The notes beneath the pieces were generated by a model, which saw nothing but the letters and a program-made list of their open reading frames with translations, was not told the origin of the DNA and searched no databases. Of a stretch of DNA of 50,782 nt, positions 8,981 to 17,838 are shown piece after piece. How positions within the stretch are numbered: the first letter of the stretch is position 1; every line of letters begins with the position of its first letter. Position numbers and translations under genes: made by a program. Origin of the DNA: a virus (lineage: Duplodnaviria > Caudoviricetes). The DNA is taken from positions 1 through 50,782 of IMG/VR virus record IMGVR_UViG_3300036761_001804, one strand, 5' to 3'.

Positions 8981-9259
8981 ATGGAGTCTGTCGCGACGCA
9001 TGCGGAGCGAGTTGTACCGAACTTCGCAGTGAGTGCTGCGGAGTTCATTGTCGAACATCTTCGGTTGAACGGTTCTATGACCAGCGAGGAACTGACAGAC
9101 AACTGCAAGATGGCCGGGATCGTGCCGCACGACGATCGCGCTTTCGGCCCTGTCTTCTACGCGTTGCGGCGCAAGCAACTGATTCACAAGATCGGGACTG
9201 CACTTCGTACCAAAGGCCACGGCACTACAGGCGGTAACGTCTGGGCGTTGGTGGCCTGA
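8981..9259 (+). CDS. Small winged-helix-like protein (true start may be GTG 8945, interrupted by TAG)
   Basis: RAFGPVFYALRRKQLI helix-wing-like pattern; see finding on the amber codon. Confidence 0.6.
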   Translation: MESVATHAERVVPNFAVSAAEFIVEHLRLNGSMTSEELTDNCKMAGIVPHDDRAFGPVFYALRRKQLIHKIGTALRTKGHGTTGGNVWALVA

Positions 9260-9312
9260 GTTCCACCGCTACATGCGTTGCTCGCGTGTGTAGCCAATAC
9301 CAAGGAGAAAAC

Positions 9313-10026
9313 ATGGCACCAGAGACGCAGGAAGCCCTCGACGACGATTCCAGCCTAGACGGTGGGTTGAACGACGAGGGTGACACGGCAGGCGAGTTCA
9401 CCGAGGCAGCGGCAGACGCCGCCGCAGCGGAGTTCGCCGCCTACGAGAAGGCTGGCCGCGTCGATGACGTGGACAAGCAGCGCGAGTTGATCACCGAGGG
9501 CACCACGGTTCAACTCGGCTTCGTCAGTGCCGAACTGGCGATGGGCGGCAAGGTCCAGGCTGGCAAGGAGTACATCTACGGCAAGTTCCAGGTGAACAAG
9601 CCGGACATGTACGCAGACGGGGAGCGCGACTTCGGGATCTACTTCCGCCTGACCGCCAAGGCGAGCGATCCGCAGAAGCCGAACTCTACGGCGTTCAATG
9701 TGACGCAGAGTCAACTGCGTCGCATCGCGGCAGCGATCTGGGGCGTGGAAGTCACGAGCCCGGCAGTCGTCGCGCTGATCGAGCCCGCCCTGAAGGCGGC
9801 AGCGGAGCAGGGCAGCAATCCCACGGAGCGCCGTGCAGCGTTCTTCGTGGCCCTGACCAAGTTGATCAACGAGGAGTTGGTCGGCAAGACGTTCACCACG
9901 GACATCGGGGTTCGCCCGGCGCGCGTGTGGAACGGCAAGAAGTACCGTGAGACGCAGGACATCGGGAAGCCGCACTACCCGGGTCGCAAGGAGCAGAAGT
10001 CTGCGCTCAAGCCGGTCACGGCCTAA
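9313..10026 (+). CDS. Putative ssDNA-binding protein
   Basis: AAGGAG RBS; context after Sak4 and Cas4-like genes; beta-rich with acidic N-terminus. Function inferred from context only. Confidence 0.5.
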   Translation: MAPETQEALDDDSSLDGGLNDEGDTAGEFTEAAADAAAAEFAAYEKAGRVDDVDKQRELITEGTTVQLGFVSAELAMGGKVQAGKEYIYGKFQVNKPDMYADGERDFGIYFRLTAKASDPQKPNSTAFNVTQSQLRRIAAAIWGVEVTSPAVVALIEPALKAAAEQGSNPTERRAAFFVALTKLINEELVGKTFTTDIGVRPARVWNGKKYRETQDIGKPHYPGRKEQKSALKPVTA

Positions 10027-10234
10027 CATGGCCGCCGTTCTCCAGCGGTGCATCAACTGCACCGTCGAATATGATGCGAGCACAGACCAGTTCCACAACT
10101 TCGGTCTGTGTCTCGCCCGGGTGCGTCGGGGACCGTTGCCAAAGGGCGACGGTTCCCCGCCGTCTGTTCCACCCCCGGCTGGCTCGGACTTCCCAGATCC
10201 CGAGAGTCCGACAGTTCACTAGAAGGGAGGTTCC

Positions 10235-10621
10235 GTGAAGAAGTATTGGCCCGCGCTTGCGATCCTCGCGTTGCTGCTCCTGGGTACGGTCCAGGCAGCG
10301 AACGCGGCAAGCGTGAAGATCTGTTACGACGATGCCTCGGTATCCCCCGGGGTCACGTCGATCAACGTGCTCTACCATCCGACCACGGGGTCGGATGTCA
10401 CCACGGCTGATGTACTCGCAGGTTCCGTGCTCACGGGCTCGGTGCGCTGTGCGACGCAGCCGATCCCCGCGCTCCTGGTGCGCGGGACCACGTATGCAGT
10501 GACGCTCAAAGCCACCAACGCCTTCGCGGAGGTAGGGCCTGCGTCGAACGCAGTGACGTTTCTTCCGCCAAATCTGCCAGCCGTCATCACAGGTGTGTCG
10601 GTACAGATTGTCGTTCCGTGA
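10235..10621 (+). CDS. Secreted fibronectin type III/Ig-like protein
   Basis: Signal peptide MKKYWPALAILALLLLGTVQAANA; FN3-like C-terminal YAVTLKATN...PASN. Confidence 0.7.
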   Translation: MKKYWPALAILALLLLGTVQAANAASVKICYDDASVSPGVTSINVLYHPTTGSDVTTADVLAGSVLTGSVRCATQPIPALLVRGTTYAVTLKATNAFAEVGPASNAVTFLPPNLPAVITGVSVQIVVP

Positions 10622-10657
10622 TTTCCTGCACCGAAGGGTAGACGTGACGGTACATCC

Positions 10658-11539
10658 ATGACCAAACATCCCAACCTCGTAGCGTGGCGCAAAGCCCACG
10701 GCAGCCTCTGCCATGTGTGTCCGTTGAACGGGCAACGCTGCGCAGGTTCGGATGGTCCAGTTGAGGCTGAGCACATTGGCGTAGGAGACTTCCCAAGTCA
10801 GGACGATGTAGACGACGGCGTGACGCGCGGCCAGACCCACGGACGCGCCTTCAGCGACGGTGTTGGGTACTACATGAAACTGGAGAACCTTGTACCCGAG
10901 GGCCTTGCGACGCTCGTCCATGTCCCAGGCCGGAAGTGGCCCCGCGTCGTGCTCAGCAATACGTTCTTGATGAACCTGATCATGTGTCACATTCCCGGGA
11001 AGAAGAAGCCCCAGGTCAAGATTCGTTCCACCGTAGGTCGGCACGCCATCCTGTGCTGCGCCAATTCGTACCGCGCCGTGATGCGCCGGATCTACAAGGA
11101 CAACCCGCGTCGAACGCTGACAACGATGGGCACCGCAGCCACCAGTACAACCCTTCGTATGCCAGCCGCGATCGAGGCGTTCCGTGGCCGCATCCCTGCC
11201 CCGTGGGTGGATGCAGACATCGAGCGCCTCTTCGCGCCGATCCCTGAAGAGCAGATCTACAAGGTGGTACTCCGAGGAAAGCATCCCAAGGAGCCGTGGT
11301 GGCCAGCCATGGAATGGTTCTTGGCCGAGATCTTGAAGTTGCAGCGCGCGGGTGTGCGCAAGGTAGCGAAGTGCGGGCTCACGCCGCCACGAGAGTTCAC
11401 AGCGACGTATGAGCATATCCGCATCGACACTGGCGAACACTACATTACCAACCATGCCGTGGTCCTAGATCTTCTACTGCGGCGCCAAAGACAAGCGCTC
11501 ACGAAGCGCACGAAAAGGGAGAAGCAGGATGGAAACTAG
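10658..11539 (+). CDS. Degenerate family-4 uracil-DNA glycosylase-like protein
   Basis: CHVCPL, GVGDFP (cf. VGEAP), FLMNLIMC (cf. YITNVVKC), AILCC, TMGTAA and FRG. Confidence 0.7.
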   Translation: MTKHPNLVAWRKAHGSLCHVCPLNGQRCAGSDGPVEAEHIGVGDFPSQDDVDDGVTRGQTHGRAFSDGVGYYMKLENLVPEGLATLVHVPGRKWPRVVLSNTFLMNLIMCHIPGKKKPQVKIRSTVGRHAILCCANSYRAVMRRIYKDNPRRTLTTMGTAATSTTLRMPAAIEAFRGRIPAPWVDADIERLFAPIPEEQIYKVVLRGKHPKEPWWPAMEWFLAEILKLQRAGVRKVAKCGLTPPREFTATYEHIRIDTGEHYITNHAVVLDLLLRRQRQALTKRTKREKQDGN

Positions 11540-11810
11540 TATTGCAGAACAAGTTAACGACCTAACGCGGGTAACTGCTCGCATCGGGGCATTCGTAGAA
11601 CGCTTTGTTCTTGCGCGTCTTCGTGAGCAACGGACATTTACAGCCCACGAACTGCGTAGATTCGTGATGCTCTGTGAGCCTGGGATTGCCCCGGCATCGC
11701 CCGATCGAGTCTTGCGCGCCCTGCGGCAGGCCCGGCGCATAAATTATGTCGTGACGAATCGCCGGGCATCGGAGTACAAACCGCTGGAAATCGACAGCGC
11801 GCAGTTCTAG
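11529..11810 (+). CDS. Small winged-HTH-like protein
   Basis: FTAHELR...PASPDRVLRALRQ...INYVV. Confidence 0.55.
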   Translation: METSIAEQVNDLTRVTARIGAFVERFVLARLREQRTFTAHELRRFVMLCEPGIAPASPDRVLRALRQARRINYVVTNRRASEYKPLEIDSAQF

Positions 11811-11818
11811 GGGAGTCT

Positions 11819-12346
11819 ATGACAGACGAAGACAAGATGGCGAGGGCAGCCCTCGATGCGCCGCCGATGGAATTGCCAGAGAGCCAGCAAGATCCCGTGG
11901 ATGAGAATGGTGAGGTGATCGACACCACATCACCTCCAGTTGCTGACGCAATCCTCGAAAGCGAGAAGTCCACAGCTTGGACTGATGCACAACGCGATGC
12001 CCATGTCAAGATTGCCGAAGGCATCGAAGCCGAGGGCAAGGGCGGCCCGGGCTCGGAGATCACCGGGCTCGAACTCGATCCCGGCCGCGAACTAACCCCC
12101 GAGGAACGCAAGGCTCTCCCTCCCTGGGCCGAGCAACTACGCCCGGGACGCGGCGTAGCCATCGACGGCTGGGTCACACGCATTGTGCTGATCGACCCCG
12201 CGCGTAGTATGCTGCTCCTGTTTGTCGAGGGACCAAGCCAGGGCACGACGAAGAAAGTCAAGGCCGCGATGAAGAAGCACGCGACGAAGAAGGGCAGCAA
12301 CAAGACCCCGAAGGGTGGAGCCCGGACCCGTGCGCGATCTAAGTAA
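11819..12346 (+). CDS. Hypothetical protein (acidic N-terminus, Lys-rich C-terminus)
   Basis: GGGAG RBS; long ORF. Confidence 0.7.
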   Translation: MTDEDKMARAALDAPPMELPESQQDPVDENGEVIDTTSPPVADAILESEKSTAWTDAQRDAHVKIAEGIEAEGKGGPGSEITGLELDPGRELTPEERKALPPWAEQLRPGRGVAIDGWVTRIVLIDPARSMLLLFVEGPSQGTTKKVKAAMKKHATKKGSNKTPKGGARTRARSK

Positions 12347-12605
12347 CGCCGAACTGGAGTGCATGTCGCACAATGATCTGTGCGAACGCGTGCGCGATCT
12401 CCAGCATCAACGCCTGATCTGGGCCAAAGCCACGGAAGGCACCGAGCGCAGGAACGTGAAACTCGTAGACGTTGCAGCGCAGGCGGTCGGACTCAACAGG
12501 GCGGTGTTTGCTCGGGCGCACGCGGAACTCCAGGCCATCCAGGCTCGGGCCGACGAAGTGATCCGCGAACTCAAGACGGTGATCGAGGAGACGGGGGGCA
12601 AGTGA
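12330..12605 (+). CDS. Hypothetical coiled-coil protein
   Basis: ORF coupled to polA by a GTGA overlap; start uncertain. Confidence 0.55.
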   Translation: MRDLSNAELECMSHNDLCERVRDLQHQRLIWAKATEGTERRNVKLVDVAAQAVGLNRAVFARAHAELQAIQARADEVIRELKTVIEETGGK

Positions 12606-14719
12606 GGCCACAGGGAATGCTCTTCTGCCCGACGCTCCTCCCGGGCTCACTGTTCGCCAACCAGGCGCTAGCCTTCGCCGTGCGCGAGGATTGGGCGAAG
12701 GCGGCGCGCATCCAGCAGCACGGGGCCACGCGTGTTCCACTCCCCATGCTTCCGTGGCAGATCGAGCCCCAGGTCCAGCATGTGCGAACGTACTTCATGC
12801 GCATGGTCACGGACCCCGGGCCGTGGGTGATCGACTTCGAGGCCACCCTGATGGGCGAGCCTGTCTGCCTGAGTATCTGGTCAGCGTACAAGCCGATGTT
12901 CCACCGGGGTATCTGCATCCCGTTCCTCAACCAGGGCGGTAGCCGCTACTGGTCCATGGAAGACGAGGCCACCGTCATGGGCCTAGTCACATGGTTCTTC
13001 CTCGATCCATACTTCAAGAAGTGGGGGCACAACCTTGCAGGCTACGATACTGGCGTACCGCCGTTTAACTGGCGTGCTCTTATCAAGACCGCGTGGAACC
13101 TCGACGTGGCAGGGGTGGAGGGAGACACCATGGCCGCCCACCATGTTACGTTCGCCGAACTACGTCATAGTCTTGCCTTCCTGGCTTCGATGGTCACGGA
13201 CCAGCGTTCATACAAGTTGGACGTGTGGAAGGACGACGACGGAGACGAAGATGTCAAGGCCAAACCTGAGTGGTCACGTATTCTCGACCGTCCAAACGAG
13301 AAGACGCGCACGTACTGCAACGAAGATACGTTTTCCACTGCGGTGGGACATAACGTACTTGTTGCAGAGATGGATACTCTGGGATGTCGGGCAATCCATG
13401 ACACTATCGCCCTGCCGCTTATACCAATCGTTCAGGAAGTAGGCTATCGCGGGATGCCCATCGACACCACGCTTCGCGACGACATGATCTTCGACTTGGA
13501 CTTGCGCAAGGGCGCAGTCGGGCAGCGTCTTCGCGAAGCGGGCGTCACTACGATGAACTCTCCACAGAAACTCGGGTGGCAACTCAAGGATCTTGGTGTG
13601 CCCCTAGTGGAGACAACGGAGGGCGGACAATTCAGGACAGATCTGGAAACGATCGGGAAGATGAACTGGAAGTTGAACACGCTCCCGGCCAAGAAGGGCG
13701 GCGAGTCTCAGTTTCCGTTCTTGTCATTGATCAAGGAGTACCGCAGGTTGGAGAAGGCGAGCAAGAATCTGGCCTCGCTGATTCCCTGCGACGACGGACT
13801 CCTGCGCACACGGATGCAAGCCATTGGAACTGTGACTGCCAGGTATGCCTCCGCTGGATTCGGCACCAAAGACAAGCCTGGGTGGTGCAATATCTGCAAG
13901 ACGTGGGGCGCACACGGCACGAATCTCCAGAACATCCCGAAGGACAACAAGGAACTCGGTGTCAATGTGAAGGATGTCTTCCATGCGAGCCCCGGTTGGC
14001 TCTTGGGAGAGTTGGACTACCGCGCATACGAACTCGTGATCCAGGCTCACCGCATCAAGAGCGAGAAGATGATCTCCCGCCTGGAGACACCCGGCGCAGA
14101 CCCACATAGTCTCCACGCGAAGTTGATGTACCCGGACTTCGCCGGGAAGGGCACGCCCAGCGGGGATCGTCAGCGCGGGACGATGAAGAACGTGATCTAC
14201 GGGAAGCGCGGCGGCGGCGGGAACCGGGCGCTCCAGAGTGCCCTGGCGAAGAAGGATGAGTTCTTCGAGTTGCCAGAGATCGAGGAGTTCCGCGTCGTGC
14301 TCGATGCTGAGTATCCCGAGGAGCCAGAGTGGATCACCTGGACCGGCCACATGCTGGAGAACCAGTTGCTCAACGGTGAGCGCCGGGTGATCTACAACGC
14401 CTTCGGCAGGCCGCGCGTGCTCATGGGCCGCGAGCCGTTGAAGGCCGCGCTCGCCACGGAGATTAGCGGCACGGGCGCGGAGATCATGAACTGCGTGTTC
14501 CTGCGGATGGCGATCTACCATCCAGAAGAGTTCAAGTATATCTGCCTACAGATCCACGACTCCATCCTGGTTCACGCACCGAAGGCGATCTTCTGGCACG
14601 TTGTCGAAGTAGTCAAGGCCGAGATGGAGCGTGCGGTCTGGATGTGGGGCGAGTTCGTCACGTTTGGCGTAGACGTGAAGTTCGGCGAGCGCTGGACGGG
14701 CATGAAGGAAGCGGCATGA
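12602..14719 (+). CDS. polA: Family A DNA polymerase with 3'-5' exonuclease
   Basis: Exo I IDFE, Exo II GHNLAGYD, Exo III YCNED; NLQNIP; motif A LDYRAYEL; motif B R..MKNVIYG; motif C QIHDS. GTG 12602 start inferred from GTGA overlap and a GGAG RBS. Confidence 0.93.
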   Translation: MRPQGMLFCPTLLPGSLFANQALAFAVREDWAKAARIQQHGATRVPLPMLPWQIEPQVQHVRTYFMRMVTDPGPWVIDFEATLMGEPVCLSIWSAYKPMFHRGICIPFLNQGGSRYWSMEDEATVMGLVTWFFLDPYFKKWGHNLAGYDTGVPPFNWRALIKTAWNLDVAGVEGDTMAAHHVTFAELRHSLAFLASMVTDQRSYKLDVWKDDDGDEDVKAKPEWSRILDRPNEKTRTYCNEDTFSTAVGHNVLVAEMDTLGCRAIHDTIALPLIPIVQEVGYRGMPIDTTLRDDMIFDLDLRKGAVGQRLREAGVTTMNSPQKLGWQLKDLGVPLVETTEGGQFRTDLETIGKMNWKLNTLPAKKGGESQFPFLSLIKEYRRLEKASKNLASLIPCDDGLLRTRMQAIGTVTARYASAGFGTKDKPGWCNICKTWGAHGTNLQNIPKDNKELGVNVKDVFHASPGWLLGELDYRAYELVIQAHRIKSEKMISRLETPGADPHSLHAKLMYPDFAGKGTPSGDRQRGTMKNVIYGKRGGGGNRALQSALAKKDEFFELPEIEEFRVVLDAEYPEEPEWITWTGHMLENQLLNGERRVIYNAFGRPRVLMGREPLKAALATEISGTGAEIMNCVFLRMAIYHPEEFKYICLQIHDSILVHAPKAIFWHVVEVVKAEMERAVWMWGEFVTFGVDVKFGERWTGMKEAA

Positions 14720-14943
14720 AGCAACGTCTTGACTCCCCGCTTCGCGAGTATCGTGGTCGCGAGCACCGCAAGATCCGTGTCTACATCAAGCGTTACCTGG
14801 GCCGGGCCAACCGTTGGGAAACCGGCTTCAAGGGAGTCCTCATTCACGAAATGTACACCATGGGTCTGGACTTCATCGAAGAGATCAACTCCATGCTTTG
14901 GTCGCCTCGCCGACCCCGGACGTACCGCCGCCGTGCCAAATGA
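14716..14943 (+). CDS. Small basic hypothetical protein
   Basis: ATGA overlaps on both sides. Confidence 0.6.
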   Translation: MKQRLDSPLREYRGREHRKIRVYIKRYLGRANRWETGFKGVLIHEMYTMGLDFIEEINSMLWSPRRPRTYRRRAK

Positions 14944-15983
14944 GCCGAGTCATACTCGACGTACCACACGAGGAGTTGATCACTCGTGTTCCTCCACCTT
15001 GGCTCTTGGAGGGCGTGGCTCCGGTGAACGGGATCATGCTCGTCCATGGGAAGTCTGGAGCCGGGAAGTCGTACATTTGCCTCGACATCGCCCTGTGTCT
15101 CGCTACCGGGAAAGCCTGGCATGGACACAAGGTCAAGCAAGGCCCGGTATTGTATCTGTCGGCGGAAGGACAGGATGGCTTGTCGAGCCGCGTGAGGGCG
15201 TGGATGGCGAAGAACGATCTCCCGCCTGGTCCACTCCCCATGTTCCACGTCTTGGAGACGGTCGATCCCCTGGATCGCGAGGCCATGTGGGCGCTCGGCA
15301 ACCTGATCACGAAGCGAAAGCCCATCGCCGTGTTCTCGGACACCTGGGGCGCGCACATGGGCGGCGGCGGCGGGGACGTGAATGCCCCGAAGGACACGGG
15401 GCAGGCCGTGGCCGCGTGGCGCAAGTTGATCGACACGCATCGCTTCAGCGCATGGCTGATCCATCACCAGGGTCACAAGGAAAGCGAGCGCGCTTTGGGC
15501 AGTGGTGCTCTGAAGAACGCCGCAGAGAACGAGATCTCTATCGTTCAAGACAAGGCTGGGATCGTCACCGTGACGAACTTGAAGCGCCGCGACAAGGGTG
15601 GCTTTGACGAGATGCAGTTCATCAAGGAAGTGATCGACCTGGGGATAGATGCGAACGGGGATAAGGACGAGGCACTGGTGTTCGTCCTGGCTACGACCCC
15701 GCACCCTGAGTCCGACCCGGAGTCCACGACGGATACGAGCCAGAAAGCCTTGCTTGCGCTCTCGTCAACCATCATCGCGAACGGTACGATCTCCGGGGAA
15801 GAGAAAGGGTTGACGTACTCGGCCTGGCGTGACGCCACGCCGCTCCTCGGGGCCGCCTTCAGTCGCACGCGTGATGCGTTGGTCGCGGCAGGGCTCGTCA
15901 AGAAGCACGGCACAGGACGCGGGGCCACGTATATGCCCGCCACGCCTGCGACCGACGAGACAGTGTGGAAGGGACCAGAGTGA
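14940..15983 (+). CDS. RecA-family (AAA_25/RepA-like) helicase without primase domain
   Basis: Walker A GKSGAGKS, VLYLSAEG, Walker B VFSDT, IHHQG, GSGAL. Confidence 0.88.
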   Translation: MSRVILDVPHEELITRVPPPWLLEGVAPVNGIMLVHGKSGAGKSYICLDIALCLATGKAWHGHKVKQGPVLYLSAEGQDGLSSRVRAWMAKNDLPPGPLPMFHVLETVDPLDREAMWALGNLITKRKPIAVFSDTWGAHMGGGGGDVNAPKDTGQAVAAWRKLIDTHRFSAWLIHHQGHKESERALGSGALKNAAENEISIVQDKAGIVTVTNLKRRDKGGFDEMQFIKEVIDLGIDANGDKDEALVFVLATTPHPESDPESTTDTSQKALLALSSTIIANGTISGEEKGLTYSAWRDATPLLGAAFSRTRDALVAAGLVKKHGTGRGATYMPATPATDETVWKGPE

Positions 15984-16237
15984 TGCCTTACGTGATGAAG
16001 TCTGTTCGCCCGAGGATCGAGCCGCACATGGGTTCGATGGCGATGTCCAGTGGGGAGTTGAACTACCAGATCACGCGCCTGTGTGTGGGCTACCTCGACC
16101 GCCACGGGCTCCGCTACTTCACCCTCAACGACATCATCGGCGCACTGGAGTGCGCGAAGATGGAACTCTACCGGCGTGTGGCCGCTCCATACGAAGACGA
16201 GAAGATCAAAGAGAATGGAGACGTGTACGACATATGA
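15983..16237 (+). CDS. Conserved phage protein (DUF6899-like)
   Basis: MPY...GELNY.IT...GALECAKMELYRR...PYED.KI.ENGDV pattern. Confidence 0.65.
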   Translation: MPYVMKSVRPRIEPHMGSMAMSSGELNYQITRLCVGYLDRHGLRYFTLNDIIGALECAKMELYRRVAAPYEDEKIKENGDVYDI

Positions 16238-16680
16238 GGTGCTACGTTAGCGGCCCAATGCGCGGCCATCCCAAGTTCAACTTCCCCGCGTTCGACAACC
16301 TGGCGGCGTACATGCGCAGCGAGGGATGGGACGTGGACAGCCCTGCGGAGCATGACCGCACCGTGTTCCCCGACATCGAGGAGTGGCCTGGTTACGCGGA
16401 CGGTGATCCGGCTCTGTGCCCCAAGTTCAACTACTCCGTGTCCATGCGCTGGGACATCACCCGGGTAGTCGAAGACGACGCGATCGTCCTGCTCCCCAAC
16501 TGGTGGACGAGTACCGGGGCGAAGTTCGAGCGCTTCGTGGCTGAGCAGTGCGACCGGCTCGTCTACGTCGCCGTGCCCTGCCTCGCGGGTGACGCGATCG
16601 TCACATGGTCCATCTACCCAGACGTGGCGAAGCGTCTGACTGGACCGACCGTCAAGCCTACGGAGGAGCAAGGTGAGTAA
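16234..16680 (+). CDS. DUF4406 / nucleoside 2-deoxyribosyltransferase-like protein
   Basis: YVSGPMRG...FNFPAF, SPAE, DAIVLLP.W..S.GA..E. Confidence 0.82.
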   Translation: MRCYVSGPMRGHPKFNFPAFDNLAAYMRSEGWDVDSPAEHDRTVFPDIEEWPGYADGDPALCPKFNYSVSMRWDITRVVEDDAIVLLPNWWTSTGAKFERFVAEQCDRLVYVAVPCLAGDAIVTWSIYPDVAKRLTGPTVKPTEEQGE

Positions 16681-17077
16681 GGCACTGTTCACGCGCTTCA
16701 ACCAAGACACGGCAAACCCCAAGGACGCCCTGGGCTCGGCGAAGCCCGACCTGAGCCTAGTCCCACCCGCCTCGCTGATCCACGAGGCCCTGGCAATGGA
16801 GAACGGAGCGAAGAAGTATGGACCGTACAACTGGAGAGCGAAGAAGATCCGTGCGCGCGTGTACGTGGCTGCGGCCCTGCGCCATCTGTTGCAGTATCTT
16901 GATGGCGAGGATACCGCTGTGGACTCGGGTGTCCACCATCTTGCGCACGCGAAAGCCTGCTGTGGAATCCTTCTGGATGCCATCGAGACGGGGAACCTCG
17001 ACGACGATCGTCCGAAACCGGGCAGCGCAACGCGCCTTCTTGTTGGACGGAGCGCACCTACCGGACCCGTTCAATGA
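16673..17077 (+). CDS. dATP/dGTP diphosphohydrolase domain protein (DUF5664-like)
   Basis: KP.LSLVP, GA.KYG.YNWR, AALRHL, DGED...DSG.HHLAHA.AC, DDRP. Confidence 0.85.
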   Translation: MSKALFTRFNQDTANPKDALGSAKPDLSLVPPASLIHEALAMENGAKKYGPYNWRAKKIRARVYVAAALRHLLQYLDGEDTAVDSGVHHLAHAKACCGILLDAIETGNLDDDRPKPGSATRLLVGRSAPTGPVQ

Positions 17078-17838
17078 GTAAACACAGCAAGACGCGGCGT
17101 CACATTGTCATCCCTGACGGCCAGGTCCAGCCTGGCACCCGCAGCAACCACTGGACTGCGCTCGGGAACTACATCGCCGAGTGGCAGCCCGACGTGATCG
17201 TGAACCTCGGGGACTTCTACGACATGCGGAGCCTGTGCGTCTACGACAGGGATCTCGCGGAGGTAACGCAACGCCGCTACGCCGGGGATCTACGGGCCGG
17301 AGATGAGGCTCTCGATCTGCTCATGAAGCCCTGGCCGAAGTCCTACAAGCCCAGGCTCGTTTACACGCTCGGGAACCATGAGGAGCGGGCGAACAGGCTC
17401 ATGGACATGCAGCCCGTGTTGCGCGGGGCTGTGGCGATGCCCTGGGACAAGGCCAAGTCGAAGGGATGGGAAGTGCATCGCTACCTCCAGCCCGTGGTCG
17501 TAGACGGGATCGCCTACGCGCATCTGTTCGTGAAAGGAGCCAATGGACGTGTCACGAATGCCAAGTTTGGTGCGGCGAATGCGCGGACACAGGTGCTACG
17601 CGAAATGCGGTCATGTACTGCTGGTCACAAGCCAGGGCTCGACGTGCATATTCAGCCTATTGGCACCGGGTCTATGCGCGGGATCATCGCCGGTTCCTTC
17701 TACCAGCACGAGGAAGAGTACATGACCCCGCAGGGCACCACGTACTGGCGGGGTATCCTCGTCAAGCACGCGGTACGCAAGGGCAACTACGACCTGATGG
17801 AAGTCAGCCTGGACTACCTGCTTAGGAAGTATACCTGA
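17074..17838 (+). CDS. Calcineurin-like metallophosphoesterase
   Basis: IPDGQ, GDFYD, GNHE, YAH and AGH motifs. Confidence 0.88.
   Translation: MSKHSKTRRHIVIPDGQVQPGTRSNHWTALGNYIAEWQPDVIVNLGDFYDMRSLCVYDRDLAEVTQRRYAGDLRAGDEALDLLMKPWPKSYKPRLVYTLGNHEERANRLMDMQPVLRGAVAMPWDKAKSKGWEVHRYLQPVVVDGIAYAHLFVKGANGRVTNAKFGAANARTQVLREMRSCTAGHKPGLDVHIQPIGTGSMRGIIAGSFYQHEEEYMTPQGTTYWRGILVKHAVRKGNYDLMEVSLDYLLRKYT

Noticed and set aside
12380-12601. N-terminal extension of PolA in the ORF track
   Set aside because: It overlaps another gene; the GTGA overlap and RBS favour a start at 12602.
12602-17077. Z-genome (2-aminoadenine) pathway
   Set aside because: No PurZ/adenylosuccinate-synthetase-like gene is visible; a dATP/dGTP hydrolase alone is not sufficient.
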